A stretch of 64,000 bases of DNA, from NCBI GenBank assembly GCA_030704615.1, contig CM060731.1:72602001-72666000 (forward strand). Reading direction: 5' to 3'. The position numbers were made by a program, and so were the translations under genes. The notes under the pieces are model-generated. The model did not search any database, was not told where the DNA came from, and worked only from the letters and a program-made list of their open reading frames with translations. The stretch's first letter is position 1. Each line of letters opens with the position of its first letter. The DNA is from Takakia lepidozioides. Taxonomy: Eukaryota > Plantae > Bryophyta. Below are positions 14,423-29,170 of this stretch, piece after piece.

Positions 14423-14659
14423 AACCTTGTAGGGTGCCATCAGGCCCACTGTTAGATGGGAGATACCATACCAAGTCCACACATTCATATGCTTAAAATA
14501 ACAACAAACCAAGGAACAGTCTATGAACCGTGTTCTGAAGGTCGTTGAGCTAGAATCCTACTTAACCTTAAACTTCATATGGAGCCCGAGGAACACCATC
14601 AGAGTCACGCAGAGAGCATGTAGACATAGCAGCACGACGCTGTTTACATTTTGGGAAAA

Positions 14660-17440
14660 AAAAAGCCTACATCTTTTCAACTTTTAGGGACCAGTTAATC
14701 CCTGCTTTACGCTTCAGGGTAAGATTATGTAATTCGGCAAGATTCTGTTTTGCCGTAGATAAAGATAAAGTTTCTTTAACGTCCAGTGTACTGAGCCGCT
14801 CAGTAGAGAGAATCGCAAGTCTGCGGATCCACTGCATTTCTATCAATGAGCCACTGACAGTGAGCAATGCATTTAAGCAGGCCTTCTCCTCCTGGTCATT
14901 CAGAGGCTGCATCCCTAGAGAGTAATTGAGCTTTTGATCTAATAGCCGCGAGATTTTGGAGAAATTTCAAAGTAGACTGAACTGCAGAACCAGCCTCCTT
15001 CCACGTGCTAGCTAGCTGCTGGATGATCGTAGCGGTAGCGGTAGCGGATGATCGTGACGGTGCCCACGAGAATCTATTCAGGCAGATGAAGAAGCCCATA
15101 AAGAGTTGCCAATTGTCGTGATTTTTTTGGCATCCAGTTTGTGCTCCTGCAGGAACAAAATGCTGTTGGAAGAAAGGAGGGGTAATGCCCATCTTTGAAT
15201 ACGTCTCCGCCTTGGCATGGAGGCATCAGAGCTGATACCTCGAATAAACCAGGAAGTAAGAGCCCAGCTCATGGAGATATGAAGCGGCAGCCCTTGACAA
15301 GGTCAAGATTTGATAGCTGTATAGGTAACAGAGACATTTAACTTTACAATCAAGTTAGGTGGATGGGCTGAGGAAGCTCTTCTGCGGTCTAGTGGCAAAA
15401 GATTCAATCCGAGGATAAATCTGCCTGCCTGGGACAAGACCCTAAACAGCGAGGACCGCTCTCCCATGGAGAAGCAGAGAAGAGAGAAAAGAGATGCTGA
15501 CAAAGCAGACTGAGCATTTCCTAAGTGGAAACCAGGTAATAGAAAAAACAGGGGCGATCCTATGGAGATGGTAGTTTATAAAGCTCACCGCGGAGAATAT
15601 GGGATAGAGAGGTCAATGGTCGCCAATGAAATAGAAGGGGTGCCCTGGATGTTGGCAGGGACAATCGCCATGTTATCGTTAGGGAGACCTCCCTAGAGAA
15701 CGAGAGTACTTCTGCGAGATCATCATAGCTTCCCCTTGTATGTAGGGGCCAGGTAAGGTCGACCAGCCGGACTGCCGATGTTCTGTGGAAGACTTGTCAT
15801 CTGAGAGCCAGTTGACGAAGGATAAGCCCGCCACATTTGGCTGAACATCGGCATGAGACTCATGACAGGAAGGACCTGAACAAAATAAAGGTCCTTGTTG
15901 GAGGTGGATAGATACAAACAATAATCAAAAAACACAGATGTGTCAGAAGTGGGGACAAGATTAGGAAGAAGGCGTCAAAGAAATTATTTCTTTGATATTC
16001 AAGAGGATGAGGTCCAGTTCTTGACCAGGGCATAACAACCGAGCATCTTTTTAGAGACCCATGCAATTGCGAATTTGTTGAGCCAAGTGAGAAGAATAGA
16101 GGGAGTCCCATTCGGGAAACCAAATAGAGTAGGTGAAATGTTAAGGGCCACCGCCCGAATCCCACAGGGAGGAGAAGCTTCGTCAAGGAGAACCTCCGAG
16201 AACGATTTTAACTGAAGACAGAATGTGGCAAGACTGTGGTGCCCTTCAGGCAGAGAGAGGGGGAAAACAGCCGGGATATCCTCCGGGTTGGTGGTAGCAG
16301 ATGGAGCTTCAGAAGGAAGAAGGAAAATGCGGGGACTGATGGGAGAAAAAGCAGGAGAGATATCACCCTTGGCTCGCTTTGAGGGAGGAGCCTCCTAGGG
16401 GTACTTGACAGATCTTTTCCTTGATGGCCCATCCTCCAGATCCTGCGCAGCCAAAGGCAAGTCTTTGTTAGTTGACGAAGGAGGAGCTGAAAGAGGGGTT
16501 GAGGCATTTCTTTCAGCATGAAGCACAGGACAGTCAGCCTTGACGTGTCCTTCGGCGTGACAGTGATGGCAGATAATGGCCAGGATGACTTCCTTAACCA
16601 CTACAGACACGAAGGAGTTGTCAAGAGTTGGAAGCTTCAGCGAGGGGCAAACAGATGCAGACTCGGGCATCATCACGACGATCTGCGGAACACCCCCATC
16701 CCTGTTAGCATGGTCAGAAGTAATGTCACTGTCCACACTAAGAGCATCCAGCTCAAGTTGCTCGAAAACATTCATAGAACCAATGTAAGCGCCGAAATAG
16801 GCTCCAATCTCCGGGAGCGAGCGTAGGTAGTTCCCTGGAAGAAAGGGTAACGCCAAAACTCTTGGCTTGCAGGTGACGCCTCCTCTGTGACCCCATTCGG
16901 ATGACCAAGGGAAAATATGGACCCTGTGTTTCGAGCGGTTGACGTTAAATAGCAGAGCCCTCTCAGCATTCTCCACCGAGTTGAACATGATGGAAAAGAA
17001 GCCTCCTCCCAAAGGAATACAAAAGTGGGAAGTGAAACCACCATCGGCCCCCAAGTGCTTCAATGCCCAATTACGAGCCCAAGTCCTATCTCTTATCGTT
17101 CCCGGAAAGTGGATAAGTACTACTTGCTGAGAGAGGCGATTCGACTGCTCTTTGACAATGTCCATATTCAGATTTAGGACAGGTTGGGAGTCATCCAATG
17201 GACCGCCTCTTCACTCCAGCTGAGAGTATGAAGAATAGGCGAAATGGGGGGTCTGGGGCCAGCGCCCAGCACTCCTGGACCTGGCTGAAAACCATTTCTG
17301 CGATGGTTTGTCCAGTTCCTGTAGCGGTGATCCCTGTAGTGTCTTCTAGCATCATTCCTAAAGGCAGGGGCCTTCCATAGCAGCGAGAAGAGAAGCTAGA
17401 GCAAGGTAAGCGATGGGAAAGCAATAGGAAGAGAAGAGAA
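14660..17440 (-). mobile_element. Degenerate L1-type LINE retrotransposon
   Basis: ORF1-like 16395-17198 has a plant L1-type N-terminal region and zinc knuckle CHHCHAEGHVKADC. Downstream are frameshifted ORF2 remnants (YLGFPL-like at ~15525, LSQAGRFIL at ~15430). Boundaries approximate. Confidence 0.7.
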
Positions 17441-17874
17441 AAACAGCAAGATGAGGGGGGCGAGAAGGCGAGTTACGCTGCCATATTTTGAACTGGGCAG
17501 TGTGCGCCGACTAGCATGAAACCACTGACGAAATCAGACACAATGCATGGAGAATGCATGGCTGGGTTGCCAATGCGCCGCCTAGGAAATCAATACCAGA
17601 CTGAACAGTTTGAAAAAATTCCAGCATAGCCCATGCGAAATGAAGGAAAAAGGAGGGGGAGCTGCCGCCAGGAGCAAGCAATAAATGAGATAGATGAAAT
17701 ATGAAGAGGTGGTATGTGCTTAGGGCTACAACTTGGTTCGGTAAGGTTAAGGTAAGAGAAGCACCCCAGAAAATAGCCCTCAACATCTTTTATATACCCT
17801 CTCTCACGGCAGTGGTGGATAAGGAGGCCACACCTCATCCTACTTCTGGGAAAGCTCCTGATGGCATATCCTAG

Positions 17875-17978
17875 TTCTATGCTCTCCTCTACACATAGCC
17901 TCACATCTTACTTCTATGCTCTCCTCTACACATAGCCTCACATCTTACTTCTATGCTCTCCCACACATGGCCTCACAT
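17875..17978. repeat. 37-bp tandem repeat, ~2.8 copies
   Basis: Unit ttctatgctctcctctacacatagcctcacatcttac, directly repeated. Confidence 0.85.
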
Positions 17979-18512
17979 ATCAATCATTCCAACACCCATT
18001 AGCGTTCCTCCCCATTGGCCATTCCATTACTCTCCCTTTTGCGACCTTCAGAAATCACCCCACCAGAATCATGACCCTTATATCTTATGTCATTCTCTTT
18101 TCCAACCATTTATGCTTTAAACTATTTCCTTACAACATTTACATATAATCAATATATTATGTATCGTCCTATGTAACAACATTAAGAGAAAAAGAATGCA
18201 TTTATGATCGGATAGATGGACTGGCAGCCACTTGTTTAATTTCCCTTATTTATAGTTACTTAGAAATAAGTGAAAGGCCACAAAGTTATGTACACATTAC
18301 ACAATTCTGACTTGTGACCCACATATCAAACAAACACCATGACTCTACTATCTCCTTCAGCAAGACTGTCTGCGGGCTGTGGTTAGGACATCTGAAATCC
18401 ACTGGATGTTGAATAATTTCCTTTCTGTGCTTGAAAGCTGTCAATCTGTTGCGAGGGCGTACAAAAAAGAGCAGACCCAAAGGGTGGGAATGTTCTGTCC
18501 AGTATTATACCC

Positions 18513-21500
18513 CTATTTGAACCAGCGGTGCTTGAAAGCTGTCAATCTGCCGCGAGCGCGTATAAAAAGAGCGGACCCAAGGAGTGGAAATGTTGTCACC
18601 ACTGCTATGTAAGTGAGAAGCCAAAGTGTTCGCCGATTTTGTGCTGCCAGCCCTGCAAACCCTTTAGCAAGTGGATCTCTGGCATCTAGCTGACGCTTAC
18701 TACCCAATTTCAGAGCTGCTGTCTTGGACTTATTTCTGTCCTGCACACTGCTTGCAGCTGGTTTAGTGACATGCACTGGTCCCAGCTCCCCAGTCGATTT
18801 GCTTTTGAGCTGCTTGTTTGATTCAGCCAAGTCGATTGCTGCATCCATGCAATTAGTGAAAGAAGCTATCACAGACAGATCAATGGGCACTTCAATTGCT
18901 GGTGCTGAGGATGCCTGCAATGACGAAATGGGAGCTGATGTTTTGAGATCGTCTGCCTCCCCTGGCACTGCAATATTCTGTGTCCGGATGTACTGCTTGG
19001 TGTCTGATGCTTCAGGTGCACCCAGCTTGCCATGATTGCGGAACTGCTGATCAGTGGTCACTGCAGATGATTGGAACTGCAACCAACACGTCCGCAACAA
19101 CTGCTTGATTACAAATCAAATAAAGTGGAATCAAGATAAGCTAGTAGCTGCATACACAAATATAGTTGCCCTCCTGGCTTGCAGTACTTGAGGGCTCCTC
19201 TGTAATGCCTGCCCTATGGCACATGGTTCAATCGGAAACATTCCAACAATCTGAGGTCACAGTGTACTGCCTACTTAACACGCTCTGAAATTTTATTGAC
19301 TATCTTAGGTCTCACTTACAAAAACTTGAAGTCTAGGAAGAACACACATAGCAGATGTCGATGGTAAATAAAGCTAAAACCTGGCCCAGTAGCTGTGTCA
19401 ACGCTGACTGCAAGGCAAGAAGCTCGGTTCGATCCTTGAAATGAAGTGTAATCCCTGCCTGGCCACCCAACTGTCCTTCCGATCCATCCTCTCTGGTGAT
19501 TGGAGCCAACTCCTCTGCTAAAAGTTCTGTGGAGGTTGCGGCTTCCCTCTCAATTGAAGTCTCAGCATTATCCCTCCCAAGATTTATGCTGGAACCTTTC
19601 CCAGCAAAACCTGCAAACCCACCCTTAATTTCCTCCATTGTGGGGACTGCAGATTCTTGAAGCGGCCTTTTGTGTTCTGACAGACAGTTCTCTTCTTGGA
19701 GAACAATCTGCTCATTGCCATCAATTATGGATGGGAAAGTGTCATCATTGTCAGACATGCTTGGTGCCAACCTCCCTGTCTTTGACAGACTCACAAAAGG
19801 AGCTTGATCGATTGAAGACTCATGACTTTTACCATCCCTGACTGGCTGGAGTATATCCCCATTGTCCTCAGGTCCTGGTCCAGCGCGCAAATCCTGTGCT
19901 GCTACCTGGCCACTATCTGAGAGGTTTATGTATGGTGCCTTGTCAATATCAAAGCCTCTGATAGTCTTAAAGTGGGAGTCTGGAACCTGTCATCCGGTAA
20001 CCCAAACTTTTTATGATTCCCAATGCTATAATCATATCACTAAGTGGAATCTTATTCAGGACACCCGAGGGTCACGATGGGCAAAATTTCACTAGACCAG
20101 CCATGTGTGTGCTTGCACATATGCAGGCCATTAGGCTCCTTCCCTCAAACTGCCGCCACAAAGAGGGATCCATGTTATCATGACATGCATACAGTTAGTA
20201 TAAAAGAGGGCCCCATCTGCCCCCATTTCTTATATTTTTTCCCAGGCTAGACAACTGTAGTAGTTTGTCTGGGAAATCAAGAGGCCGCTGAGAGAAATGG
20301 AACAAGATTATCCTGGCACTGATGATGAATAAAGAAGCTCTTACCCTCTGTGGTTTGTGCATGAGAGAACTTGGAATGACAAATGTCATGAACTCTGTCA
20401 AGGCACGTACCCACCTGCACCAAGAGACCTTTATTTCAAGATAACAATCCAACAACCCCGCGACCACAAGCAGACGGTTTCCCTGCCTGTTGTATGAGCA
20501 GGTTTGAGCTAGAAACAACTTGAGCTGAAATCTGACGAGGAGCGTAGAGCTGGGTGTGCATACCAAATGCTGTAAGCTGTCATGCCTTCAAAGCACGCCA
20601 GGTGGCCTCCATGTTGTGTTACTGCCAACACCACATTCGGGTTTGCACTGCATACAATGACCGGGGATTAACAATGCAGAGTCAATGACCCTTCACTGTT
20701 TTGATATCCCTTCCTGTATGGAACCCAGAAGTGTTGCGGTACTCACATTAGACCCACCTTAAAACATAACCCTTGTTCATGTGTGGCACACAATTACACC
20801 CGGGTGATTCTAAACTGAACTGCTTTTGAGGGGAAGTATGGAGCTTACGTGACTTCATCCCAGGGTATAGCCTCCTTGGTGCAGACTGGATCATCCAAGG
20901 AGTTGAAACAGAGAAGGGGTACTGCAACATCTGCCAGATAATTGGCGCTGCTACACCGCCGGTAATAAGTGTCCACGGTCTGCACTCCAGTTCACACCAA
21001 AAATTTATGTAGACACAAAACTGGACCTGTTTAAAAACAAGTCTGTAGTCACAGATGCCAATAGATAAATAATATTGCTCATACTACTCGCCCTTGGACA
21101 ACCATTTGCAACTCAGAAAGTATAATCGATGACATTTGATCAGCACCCTGAACATGAACCCCCTTATGAAAGTCTCTTTCACAAAACCTGGCGTACAGAG
21201 ACCATACAGAGTTGTAATCCATACCTCAAACTTTCCAGTCAGCCGTGTACAGTAGTTGTCAAAATCGCGTATGGTTTTACTCTGTCAAATAACATCAAGA
21301 GAAAAAAAACTTTTAGGTTTTTGAAATCGTGAACAAATATTTTACATCATAATGATGACAATTCCAATAAGCACTAACCTTGCTTAAGAGATTCCAGTCC
21401 GCAAAGCGTGAGAGGGCACTCTGGTGCCTACACAAATGTCAAAACCAAACACAAAAAGTAAGCAAACTTGACACTTTGAAACAGAAAAGTACATCTCACC

Positions 21501-24341
21501 CCCAACCATCACCAAAGGAGTCCTTTCTCAAAAAGTGATGGCGAACCTTTTCTGACCAGAGGCAATTTGCAAGATACTAAACGCACCCAAACCGGGAGAG
21601 ATTACCTCTCAAGTATCCCTCCGACTTCCAGAGGCCAGTGAGAATATGGAAAGAATTTAGTACATACAATTGGGCATACTCGAGCAGGCCACTTGCAAGG
21701 ATTTTATTGTAAATATTCTGCACCCCATTCCTTGAAATGAATCTGTCACACACCTGTCACACATACATGAAACACAGAAACCTTTTTAGCAGTACTATTC
21801 ATATTCTATCTCGTAGTCTATCCAATAGAATTTGTCAAGTTGCAGTCAAACCAAACAATAGTTTTTACATCCAAGCTGTGCCACTATTGCAAGGGGAATA
21901 ACTGGACATACCACAAGATCCCAAGGACAGCAAACAGCTGCTGCAGCACCGACAGGTGTAGCTGCACCTTCTTCTCCAAGGTACTTCACCTGCACAATAG
22001 TAACAAGGTTATTCTAACGTTCGAAGCAAGGAATTTAGCAGTAGTGTCATTTCTGACCACTTCCTTCAATACAAAGTTGCTTCAGCAAACATCCATGTAT
22101 GCCTCCAATCTGTACTTCTACAAGGGCCCGACATTCACTGACACTTATCCAGGTTGTCAGGGACAGTGGTAGAAACATCCATATCCATCTCTACCAATAA
22201 CTGAATAATTTTTGCCGATTGTACCAGTATGTTGGCTCCGATGCTTGTGCCAATTGTAAATAAAAGCGCTCGGGGATACTTCTTGTGGACATACTGGATA
22301 ATCCTCCGAAGATCCTCTGTCCACCCAGCATTATAAAACTGGTCGGACTGCCATCCATACATAGTGGAAAGTCAGCTCAGCCCGAAACACAACTGCCAAA
22401 AAACACTTCACACAACATCTCACTAAACCAGTGCAGAATGCAATACAAAGAAAGACAAAGGGGGCGAAGGTCAAAGATTCGCCCGTTCTCCATCAAATCT
22501 ACAATCTTCTATTGTGTTCAAGAAGTCGACTACAACTTGTAGGATCTTACATCATGCATGCCCATGATCAACTTCAGTTGAAATCACATTATATTTGAGC
22601 TGCGGCTGCATAATCTCAAGGTTTTATTTGCTCTAAGACCTGAACCAAAAGTCCAAAGATAATGCTGAGAGAAAGCACTCACAGTGATGGAGACACCTCC
22701 CAGACCACGATGATTGCACACTAATGCTCTCCATCCCTTCACTGTTGTGCTGTGTGCAATGTGCTTCACATACTGTCCCCACCAGGTTCATCAATATTCA
22801 CTATTCCGATTCCTTGAAACCTCTCCCTTCCGAGTATGGAGCTAGATTGATATAATCAAAGCCTTCAGAACTACAAGCTGGCAAGAACAAGTGAAGAATT
22901 ATTATTGCTCGGAAAAGAAGCCAGAGACTTACTGCATCATTGGAGTGACTTGTTAAACCAGGAATGATAATGACAATTGGAGTTTCATCTAAAGCTGAGG
23001 TGCGCAGCTTGCTTTCATCCCCATCTTCCTGATTAACTGCAACCAGTGTTATTTTGTTAAAGTAGTGCTCTACATATTTGCGTCCCTTTTTTTCCTCCTG
23101 CCCGTACTGATTGCAAACAAGAAAGACAATCATGGAGTGACGGTTTACAACAAGCCTTACAGGAATGTGATTTGACCCAGTCAAGAGCTATCGTTCCTCC
23201 ATCTGCTGTGATAAAAAGCTGCCTGCCACCCCAACCAACCATACCTTCTAAGTGAAGGTCCATCTGGTGCTGTGGAATCCTCCAACCAATGTGGCTCCGT
23301 GACATTAGTCAGTCATCAATCTAGCAAACATTTAAAGAGGAAAATGCTAACAGTCAACAATGATACATGAAGGTGTGGGTCTGTGGGTCTGCAGGACTTA
23401 CCGATGGTACTCAATAGGTGGTGGCCGGCCATGAAAATGTAGAAAACAAGTCTGCAGGTGCGGACTGGCAAGCCATGGTGTTGCCCAATACCTAAGCAAT
23501 ATGCCAGTAGGGAGTCAAAAAGATCGCAGTGTTCCTGCTTCTAATGCTGGCAACAACAATTGCATTGCTTTTCAACTTACTGCTCGTCGAGACTGTCGTG
23601 ACTGTCTACTATTTCCAAGCAGAGATAACTTCTGGAATTTGAACCAGGATTAACTTGAAGGAACTTACATTCACAAAAAGAATTGTGCAAGGACCTTGAC
23701 TGCCCATTGAAGGCAGAGCAAGTGATTAAATCTATTTCAAGGGGGGTGCGTGGAGATCCCCGAATCAGGAGATAACCCCATTTTGATTTCCTCTATAGTT
23801 CCTCAACTGAACAGAAAATGGAACACGGAAGCTCTAGCATGATAGTTTCGAATAGGAATTTTACCAGACGAAACTCAGCCGTCTACCCTGACTTTGGATT
23901 ATTCACACGGTTTCTTCATTGTTGAGACAATGATTGAGATTCACTCTGGAATTCACTTGGGAGTTCCACAATACTGCCACCAAAGCCAGAAGGAAAGACA
24001 GCACTCCAATAGGATAAAATTAGCAGCGTTGTCACTCAACCAAGACAGAGCACTGCGAGCAAAGTTCATGAACTGTACCTGCGCTTGAGGATTTCACACT
24101 TGGGGAGAATTTGCGCCCCTAACTTGGACGCCGGGCTGACGAAGACACGGACGACATCGCCTCTAAATCCGTTCACCAGGTCTCCCACAAAATGGAAATC
24201 CAGCACATGATATAGCCAAATTGATGTTACTAGGAGCATCAGCACAACATACTCCCACGCGGGAACTGACGCTGCCGTCGTCCCCAGCTTCATCAATCCC
24301 AGACTCGTCCATTCCACGGCTAAAACTTCCAGACAATACAT
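18513..24341 (-). CDS. ABHD1/3-like alpha/beta hydrolase (EMB8/YheT family) with N- and C-terminal hydrophobic segments; ~15 exons
   Basis: Exons encode YWATPWLASPHLQT (~23490), ADGGTIALDW, IIIPGLTSHS, NHRGLGG, YNAGWTEDL..GTSIGANIL (nucleophile GxSxG), SKTIRDFD, TVDTYYRRCSS..LDDPVC and HGGHL. Then a long low-complexity region (~19990-19380 and 19105 onward) ending LWLLTYIAVVTTFPLLGSAL..KHRWFK. Start may be 24341 or 24419. Confidence 0.85.
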
Positions 24342-24927
24342 CGATCTGCCTCTAAAACCAAAACAGATGCGATTCTGCAATGTTGCAATCGAAGCAAAAC
24401 AACAAACTTGAAAATCCATACCCTACGTAGAAACCGACCGTGAGCTCATGCGGAAAAAGACACCGTAAATCAGACATGTTTGGAGAACTTCTTTGACAGC
24501 TCAAATCAACATCTGTAGGAAGGTAGGACGCTTATTGTAAACAGCTCAAGTATGATCCAGAATAGCATGAACAAACAACTGAAGCAATTGCAGAGACTTA
24601 CTTGGCAGCAACCTCATCCGGTGCAGCATACAACCCTGTGATGCACACACTTCCTTGAGACAAGCGAGATGCGATGCCCGAGCGCAGTGGGACCAGCTCG
24701 CTGAAAACTGGAGTCCTCTAAGTAATTTGGCAAAACCCTTTCCACACGAGAGAAGAAAAAGCCCCAATTAGCGGTAATTAAGCTAATGTGTTTCGTGTAA
24801 TCAGTTGGTGCCACGCTTGAGGTATAGGGTAATGCCCTGAGTGGAGGGCATTGTGGAGGGCATTACACTGCGTAAAGAAATGGCCTTATCTTTTCATCCT
24901 TCCTTTATGCTTTCTCCTCGCCAATAG

Positions 24928-26475
24928 CTTGAAGCAGGTGCACACTCACATTATCCAAAGTGGATTCATGCCAAATGTTTTTCTACTCAACACCCTTGTC
25001 AACATGTATGTTAAGTGCGGGAGCATCATGGATGCTCACCAAGTGTTCAACAATCTTTGATCACGTGGAATATAATGTTGGCAGGATTTATCAAGCGTGG
25101 GTGCATTAAGGATGCGAAGGGAGTTTTCAACACTATGGCTGAACGAGATGTGGTGTCATATCCACAGCAGGGACGTGGTAGGGAGGCTTTGGAGACCTGT
25201 GATCAAATGATGGGGAAAGGGGTGAAGCCCGACCACATCACGTTTCTGTGCATTTGCAATGCGTGTGCAAGCCTGGCAGCTCTGGAAAAGGGTAAAGAGG
25301 TGCATGGTTGCATCACCAAAGCTGGAATTGTACCAGATGTAATTCTGAACAATACCCTCGTGGACATACATGCCAAATGTGGGAGCATTGAGGATGCGGT
25401 GGGAGTGTTCAAAAATATGGCTGAACGAGATTTGATGTCGTGGAATACGATGCTTGCAAGATCTGCACAGCAGGGGCGCAGGACGGAGGCCTTGGAAACC
25501 TATGAGCAAATGATGGGGGAAGGGGTGAAGTGCAACCACATCACGTTTGTGTGCGTTTGTAATGCTTGTGCAAGCCTGGTAGCCCTGGAAAATGGCAAAG
25601 AAGTCCATGGTGACAATCATCAAAGCTGGAATTGTACCACATGTCATTCTGGACACTGCCCTGATGGATATGTATGCGAAATGTGGGTGCATTGAGGATA
25701 CAAAAGGAGTATTTGACAATATGGCTGAACGAAATGTGGTGTCATGGAATGCGATTGATCGCAAGATATGCCCAGCATGGTTGTCATACGGAGGTCCTGC
25801 AACTATTTGAAGGAATGGAAAAGAACGGCTTGAAGCCAGACAGTATCACCTTTATATGTGTTCTCTCTGCATGCAGCCACACTGGCCTACTCAATGAAGG
25901 AAGACGCCACTTCGATTCCCTGAGTCAAGATCATGGTGTCACTCCGACAGTAAAGCACTTTGGCTGCATGGTGGACCTTCTTGGACGTGCAGGACAACTG
26001 GATGAGGCAGTGGACCCGATTAATAAAATGCCAATCAATCCAGATGTTGTGGTGTGGAAGACCTTGCTTGGTGCCTGTAGTATCCATGGCAATGTGGAGA
26101 TGGCTGAACGTGCGGCAACATCTATCCTCAAGTGGGGATGAACAGGATACAATATGTGTTGCTATCAAACATCTATGCTGCAGCTGGCAGGTGGGATGAT
26201 ACTACAAAGGTGATAAGAATGATGAAGGTCAGAGGGTTTAGAAAGGAGCCAGGTCGCTGTTGCATTGAGGTTGGCAACAGGGTGCACACGATTGTCGTAG
26301 ATGACGAGTTGCATCCCAGAATTAAGGAAATCCATGCTGAGCTGAGAAGATTGTCTGGGCAGATGAAGGAGGCAGGGTATGTGCCTGACACGCGCTTTGT
26401 ATTGCATGATGTGGGGGAGGAGGAAAATGAATTTTCTCTTTGCCACCGCAGTGAGAAGCAGGCCATTGGTTTTCA
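24928..26475 (+). pseudogene. PLS-class PPR-E-DYW RNA-editing factor pseudogene
   Basis: P/L/S repeats (LVNMYVKCGS..A..VF..M.ERDVVSWN), E domain (HFGCMVDLLGRAG..WKTLLGAC), PG box KEPGRCCIEV and AGYVPDT..CHRSEK. Multiple frameshifts; DYW domain truncated after the HxE motif. Confidence 0.85.
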
Positions 26476-26989
26476 CAGACCAATCCAGGATCACCAGACT
26501 ATAGACATAAGCAGCACACGCATGAGGTCCTTTGGATTGAGAGTTGGTTGAATCCTCCTTGGGTGAAGGAAAAGCTAGCTGCTTTCATGAGACAAGATCA
26601 AGGACAACTGGTGCGGGCACTTTCTTCTTCAACCATTTAGTCTTGTTTTGTCCTCTTATCAGATTCATTCCCAATTTTTCACTTTGTGTTTTTAAGTTAC
26701 CTCGATGGGTGAATCTATGGTGGTTTGGATTTTTGCACATATTACTGCCAATGGGATAATAGGCGCATTGAAAAAACTTTCTCACAAATTGTCAGCAATG
26801 CAGCACCAGAACTAGTGTGTGGTAAGTATGGTCGGGGTGTTTGCTAGATAAATTTTAGGTTATCATTGTCAACTCTTAGCACAGGGCCATACTGTTGCCT
26901 AGGCAGGGTTAGCTGAAAGAAGCAGGGATGAAGCGTGGGTGCAGATCCATCCGAGAGGTCCTGATTTCAAGCACCAGAGTGCATATGAG

Positions 26990-28030
26990 CCCCTGAGGAT
27001 TGACAGCTACAAAAAATCTGCAAGGGTAGATGGTCATCTTGAAGGGGCGGTGGCAGCACAATTGATAAAATCAGGCACCTCCACAATGATCTCCACTTCC
27101 AAAAGAGGACCCTGGGAGGAAGTTCTCAAGATTTCTTCTGGCGCTTCTGAACTTGTGAGGACACTATATGAGGCACACTGAAAGAGGCTCTGAAATTTTT
27201 GAACCATGGAGGCATTTTCACAGAGTCAGATAATGAAGGCACCTTCTTCAACACATTTCATCCTGTTCATAAGTTGAGTTGGGTGTTTCCTAGAACTTCA
27301 AGCTCCAGATTACCTATGATTCCCTGTGGATCAATAGCTACAAGAAACCTGCATGGGTAGATGGTCACCTAAAGGCAGCAGCTGCAGCGGCACCTTTGAT
27401 AAAATCAGGTACCTCAACCATGACAACAGCTTCTGAAAGAGGATCAAGAGAGGGAGTCCACAATCCCTCTTCTGGCACTTCTGGGCATGTGAAGATGCTT
27501 TGTGCGGCAGGCAGTCTGACAGAGGCTCTACAGACTTTAAACCAAGGAGGCATTTCAGAACGTATGTCTGTCTCTTGCTTAAGTGCATCGAGATGGAAGG
27601 TCTGGAAGCTGGAAAGCAGATGCACACTCACATTATCCAAAGTGGGATTCCCGCCAAATGTTTTTCTACTCAACACCCTTGTCAACATGTATGTTAAGTG
27701 CAGGAGCATCATCATGGATGCTCACCAAGTGTTCAACAGAAGGGCTCAACCATCTTTGATCACGTGGAACACGATGCTTGCAGGGTATGTACAGCAAGGG
27801 CGGTATGGAGGCCTTGGAGACCTATGATCAAATGATGGGGGAAGGGGTGAAGCCCGACCACATCACGTTTCTGTGCATTTGCAATGCGTGTGCAAGCCTG
27901 GCAGCTCTGGAAAAGGGTGAAGAGGTGCATAAGGATGTAAAGGGAGTTTTCAACACTATGGCTGACCGAGATGTGGTGTCGTGGAACGCGATGCTTGCAG
28001 GGTATGCACAGCAGGGGCGCGGGATGAAGG
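26990..28030 (+). pseudogene. Second PPR pseudogene with duplicated N-terminal leader
   Basis: ~26995-27215 and ~27335-27555 are diverged direct repeats. They are followed by PLS repeats nearly identical to 24940-25300, with frameshifts. Confidence 0.75.
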
Positions 28031-28559
28031 TCTGCTTCTGTAAGGTACTTCTTTGTGATGCAGTGCAAAGCTTGTAGATGGATGAAGGACACTTGGTCAA
28101 AGGCACAATGCAGACAGCCTCTTGTGGCAATTCGTATAGCCTAGCGCAAATCTGTGAGAGCTCCAAAAGTAGGTTGCTTTCTTTCTGGCTGTTGTTCCTG
28201 CCAAAACTCTGTTGCTACTTCCGTGGGTGCGGGATGAAGGTGTACATGACCAATAGGACTGTAGGTGTTTGTCGTTGTATTATTTTTCAAATGAGTGATG
28301 GTGGGGTGTTGTGCAGTGTGTCTACTCCTCTTCTCATATGAGCTTCACTGTCGGCTGCACTCAAGTGACGACTCTTCTCACATCTCAGTCGTGCACGGTC
28401 TTCTCTTCAGACCCACTCCTCAACTTTATCTACTTCCCTACAGATTGAGTGCTTAATGTTGCATTTTTGTCAACGGTGTTGCAGATCCAGGGGCAGTGAA
28501 TACTGACATTTTGCGGGAAGTACCTGTTTGGCTTGCAAAGCTGAGCAATGTGCTTCTCA

Positions 28560-29170
28560 TGAGGTGTGACACCCAACATTATTACATTCATTTCTGTTCT
28601 CAATGCTTGTGCCAGCCTAGGGGCCCTGGAAAAAAGTACAGAGGTCCATGAGCTGACATCATTCTGGACACTGCCTTTGTCGATATGTATGCCAAGTATG
28701 GGAGCTTGAACAATGCTAGACAAGTTTTTGACAAAACGTCTCAACGAAATGTGGTCTCATGGAGTGCAATGATGGAGGCTTTTGAGATGTATGAGCAGAT
28801 GATACGGGAAGGCATAACACCCAGCAAGGTCACGCTCATTTCCATTCTCAATGCATGTGCCAGCATAACAGCCCCGGAGGAGGTCCATGCTGACATCATC
28901 AAAGATGGAGTTGCCTCATATATCCCTTTAGAAAATGAACTTTTTAACAGGTATGCCAAATGCGGCAGCTTAAAGGATGCACGGGATGTGTTTGACAACA
29001 TGGCTGAGCAAGATGTGGTATCATGGAGCGCAATCCCAGCGCAATGTCGATCGCAGGATATACTCAGCATGGGTTTGGTGTAGAGGCTTTAGATATCTAT
29101 GAGCAAATGATATAGGAAGGGGTGACACCCAACAAGGTTACGTTCATTTGTGTTCTCAAGGCCTGTATCA
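28560..29170 (+). pseudogene. PLS-PPR fragment
   Basis: [29 protein letters not shown] and [25 protein letters not shown], with indels and stops. Confidence 0.75.
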
